DNA from: a virus | Lineage: Duplodnaviria > Caudoviricetes | Length of the DNA stretch: 56,366 bases | Direction: 5' to 3' (one strand) | IMG/VR virus record: IMGVR_UViG_3300037840_000311 | Coordinates: 1-56,366 of that record | Program-made: the position numbers and the translations under genes | Shown here: piece after piece, positions 54,189 to 56,366 of the stretch | Layout: each line of letters opens with the position of its first letter | Numbering within the stretch: the first letter of the stretch is position 1 | Notes under the pieces: model-generated | The model's database searches: none | The model's input: only the letters and a program-made list of their open reading frames with translations | Told to the model about the DNA's origin: nothing

Positions 54189-54550
54189 CAACAACAGGTT
54201 GGAATACGGTCAATATAGCGATGTTGACGGTCGCCGTTATCTTGATGAACTTGCCGACGTTTCTTCACGGACAGCCCACCGTCACCCAGTCCTACGGTCT
54301 CACTTTAGAGCGAGACGACTTTCCGCCATCGAACGCCGGCGATACGACCTTTCAGACGCCAGTCTCGACGCGCAGCTCGTTCGTGTTGGTCTATCGAAAC
54401 GGACTCCTGCAGCGGGCGGGAACCAATTGTACGCCAGTTCCGCCAGCGTCCGCAAATTGCGATTATTCGGTATCGGGGAATGTCACAGTGACCTTTCCAG
54501 GGCCAGGAATGGCAGCGGGAGACCTCGTTACGATTCTGTTTCAGCGATGA
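54185..54550 (+). CDS. Small secreted-type beta protein
   Basis: Signal-like N-terminus; LVYRNGLLQ...DYSVSG..VTF...GD.V motif. Confidence 0.75.
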   Translation: MTTTGWNTVNIAMLTVAVILMNLPTFLHGQPTVTQSYGLTLERDDFPPSNAGDTTFQTPVSTRSSFVLVYRNGLLQRAGTNCTPVPPASANCDYSVSGNVTVTFPGPGMAAGDLVTILFQR

Positions 54551-54747
54551 AAAGGCTATCACCTGAACGGCGGCGAGAAATTGGAAGGCAGGGCGGATTA
54601 GCCGCTCAAGAACGGCGCCGAGCATGGGTAGTAAGCTGGGCGCGAACCTGTGCGATTTACCGTTGGGCTGCACTCATCGTGAGGGATTTTCACGGCCCCA
54701 ATGCGATCCTGCAATCGAGTCTAGGCCCAACCAAAGGAGCACGGTAA
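54547..54747 (+). CDS. Small basic protein (LSPERRREIGRQGG motif)
   Basis: Motif related to 1772..1981. Confidence 0.55.
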   Translation: MKRLSPERRREIGRQGGLAAQERRRAWVVSWARTCAIYRWAALIVRDFHGPNAILQSSLGPTKGAR

Positions 54748-54954
54748 ATGTGTTGGCATCGACCCGGTAGAAAGACGAAATCAGGAACGGTCACCTGTCG
54801 CTCTTGCGGAGTCGCTATCGAGCAATGCCCCTGTGTTGGGCAGTGGAGCCGGAGCGTCGACCATGATTGTACGGCCTGTCTTGGTTCGATGTGGTGCGCC
54901 ATCGTGCGCGGATGGAGAGCAAAACTGTGGGAACTCCTGGAGAACGCCGCATGA
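54748..54954 (+). CDS. Cys-rich small protein
   Basis: AAAGGAG RBS; CxxC pairs. Confidence 0.6.
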   Translation: MCWHRPGRKTKSGTVTCRSCGVAIEQCPCVGQWSRSVDHDCTACLGSMWCAIVRGWRAKLWELLENAA

Positions 54955-55460
54955 GCGAAACAGACCAAGTTTCGATGAAGCGCCACACCCCGCGAAAGTA
55001 TCGCCGAGGTTCCCGCAAATGGCGCGAACACTGGACGGTAATGCTGGAGTGGATCGGCAACAAGCCCCAGGTTCTACCGTTGATCGAGCACCACATCCGA
55101 TTGGCAAGCGATGGCTCAGGAACCATGCTGGCATGCAGCCTGAATGATGCAACCTGGACATGCTACCGTAAGACTGACGCGGAGCATCTATTCGGAAGGC
55201 TGAAACGCTTGGGCCGAATACGATTCTCGCCCTACGTTCGCGTCCAACTGTTCCACGATTTCAAGGATGTGCCGATCCATTTTGGGCCAGAGGGATCAAT
55301 CGCCATATCTGAACTCGGCAGAGGCGTCAAGCGGCTCGCGGTCTACCGGCTCGGCAAAACGCCCGACTTTAGCAAACTCTACCGTAAGCCACCGCGCGCC
55401 CGCAAGAAAAAGAGCGTTTCAAGCCTCAAGCCCAAACAAAAAGGAGCAAAGAGCAAGTGA
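54951..55460 (+). CDS. Hypothetical protein ending through right half-site 55389-55440
   Basis: Coupled; CCACCGCGCGCCCGCAAG...AAGCCCAAACAA. Confidence 0.65.
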   Translation: MSETDQVSMKRHTPRKYRRGSRKWREHWTVMLEWIGNKPQVLPLIEHHIRLASDGSGTMLACSLNDATWTCYRKTDAEHLFGRLKRLGRIRFSPYVRVQLFHDFKDVPIHFGPEGSIAISELGRGVKRLAVYRLGKTPDFSKLYRKPPRARKKKSVSSLKPKQKGAKSK

Positions 55461-55732
55461 CACCACAAGAATTCGCCAACTTGAAATACGGCAACATCAT
55501 CACCTCCGGAGGATTCTCAGGAGTCCCCTTCCGCCAAATGATGGTCATCCACACCAACCGGGACGATCAGGACAACTGTACCGCCATCGTAGCGCTCGAT
55601 TGCTTGTTGCCGGCCAACGCCGCCGCGTTGCAGTTGGTCAATCCTATTTCGCAACAAACCGTCCTGCTCGATCCAAACCTAGGACCGGAGCCCAAGGTTT
55701 TAGGTATCCTAAAGACAGTTCTGGAGAAATAA
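55457..55732 (+). CDS. Hypothetical protein
   Basis: AAGGAG RBS, coupled. Confidence 0.65.
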   Translation: MTPQEFANLKYGNIITSGGFSGVPFRQMMVIHTNRDDQDNCTAIVALDCLLPANAAALQLVNPISQQTVLLDPNLGPEPKVLGILKTVLEK

Positions 55733-55733
55733 C

Positions 55734-56240
55734 ATGAAACTACGAATCTTCCCTATCGGTGTTTTGATCCTGATATTGCTACTGGCAGCCTGCCAGACCT
55801 CAACCATCATCGCCAGCCTCGAGGCCGCCGTCTCAGCGGCTGAAATCGCCATACCGGTAATCGGGGCAGCGACCGGCCTGAACGCGCAGACCTCCGCGCT
55901 GATCGTGGCCTATCTCCAACAGGTGAACGTCGCGACCGCGGAAGCGGCTACCATCCTCGCAAACACCAGCCTGACGAGCGCGCAGAAGACAGCGCAGATC
56001 GTCAAGGCGTTCGCAGCGATCGCGGCGGGATGCAACTGTATTCCACCAGGGACTCCGCAGGAAGTGGTAGCCGTGGTGAACGCGGTAGCCCAAGCTGTCC
56101 TGAACTTCCTGACCAACTTCCAGCCCGCCCCCGCGCCCCCGCCAGTCGTAAAGGTCAGCACGGCCGATGCCCAAAAACTAGCAAGCCTCAGAACCCGGAG
56201 CGAGGCTAATATCACGAAACTGAAAGGAGTCAAAAAGTGA
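55734..56240 (+). CDS. Putative lipoprotein
   Basis: Lipobox LAAC after a hydrophobic signal. Confidence 0.75.
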   Translation: MKLRIFPIGVLILILLLAACQTSTIIASLEAAVSAAEIAIPVIGAATGLNAQTSALIVAYLQQVNVATAEAATILANTSLTSAQKTAQIVKAFAAIAAGCNCIPPGTPQEVVAVVNAVAQAVLNFLTNFQPAPAPPPVVKVSTADAQKLASLRTRSEANITKLKGVKK

Positions 56241-56366
56241 GCACCAAAGTAACGAAGCAATCCGTACCCTTCAACCCGGCAGAACTCGCGACATGGGCCG
56301 AGGCTATGAAACTGGCGGCCCTCATCAACGGAAGCCAGTTGTTTCAATCGGCGGGCCTGTTCATCA
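56240..56366. repeat. Terminal direct repeat, copy 2
   Basis: Identical to 1-127. Confidence 0.97.

Overview
The window is a complete circular contig (1-127 is repeated exactly at 56240-56366; unit length 56,239 bp) of a bacterial virus that appears not to be a tailed phage. I found no terminase, portal, HK97 capsid, tape measure, integrase or FtsK/HerA/A32 packaging ATPase. The early region (about 0.7-20.8 kb) has a replication-initiator-like protein, DnaB, DUF5131, a C5 DNA methyltransferase, an HD hydrolase, an SF2 helicase-methyltransferase fusion, a J-domain protein and an enlarged GroES. The long rightward late region (21-56 kb) has a transglutaminase-like Cys protease, about 10 small tail-anchored membrane proteins with a shared xxG(L/M)G motif, basic Asn-Pro-punctuated polyproteins, paralogous beta-rich capsid-like proteins (one a tandem double of the unit), signal-peptide-bearing spike-like proteins, a DUF3494 ice-binding protein, glycosyltransferases, a lysozyme-like protein and a papain-like protease. 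The most striking feature is a dispersed family of roughly 40 or more ~50-bp bipartite half-sites: left TTTGGGCTC-N~30-GCGCGG; right CCGCGC-N~30-GTGAACGGCGGTTTAYCCC or -GAGCCCAAA. They occur as empty ~110-bp palindromic elements, as solo halves, or as inverted pairs around cargo genes in either orientation. In most cases I checked, the site and any antisense cargo are overlaid by a stop-free linker ORF that overlaps or abuts the flanking genes' stop and start codons. This looks like an undescribed, translationally transparent cassette insertion/inversion system. All family calls are by-eye motif recognition; no searches were run.
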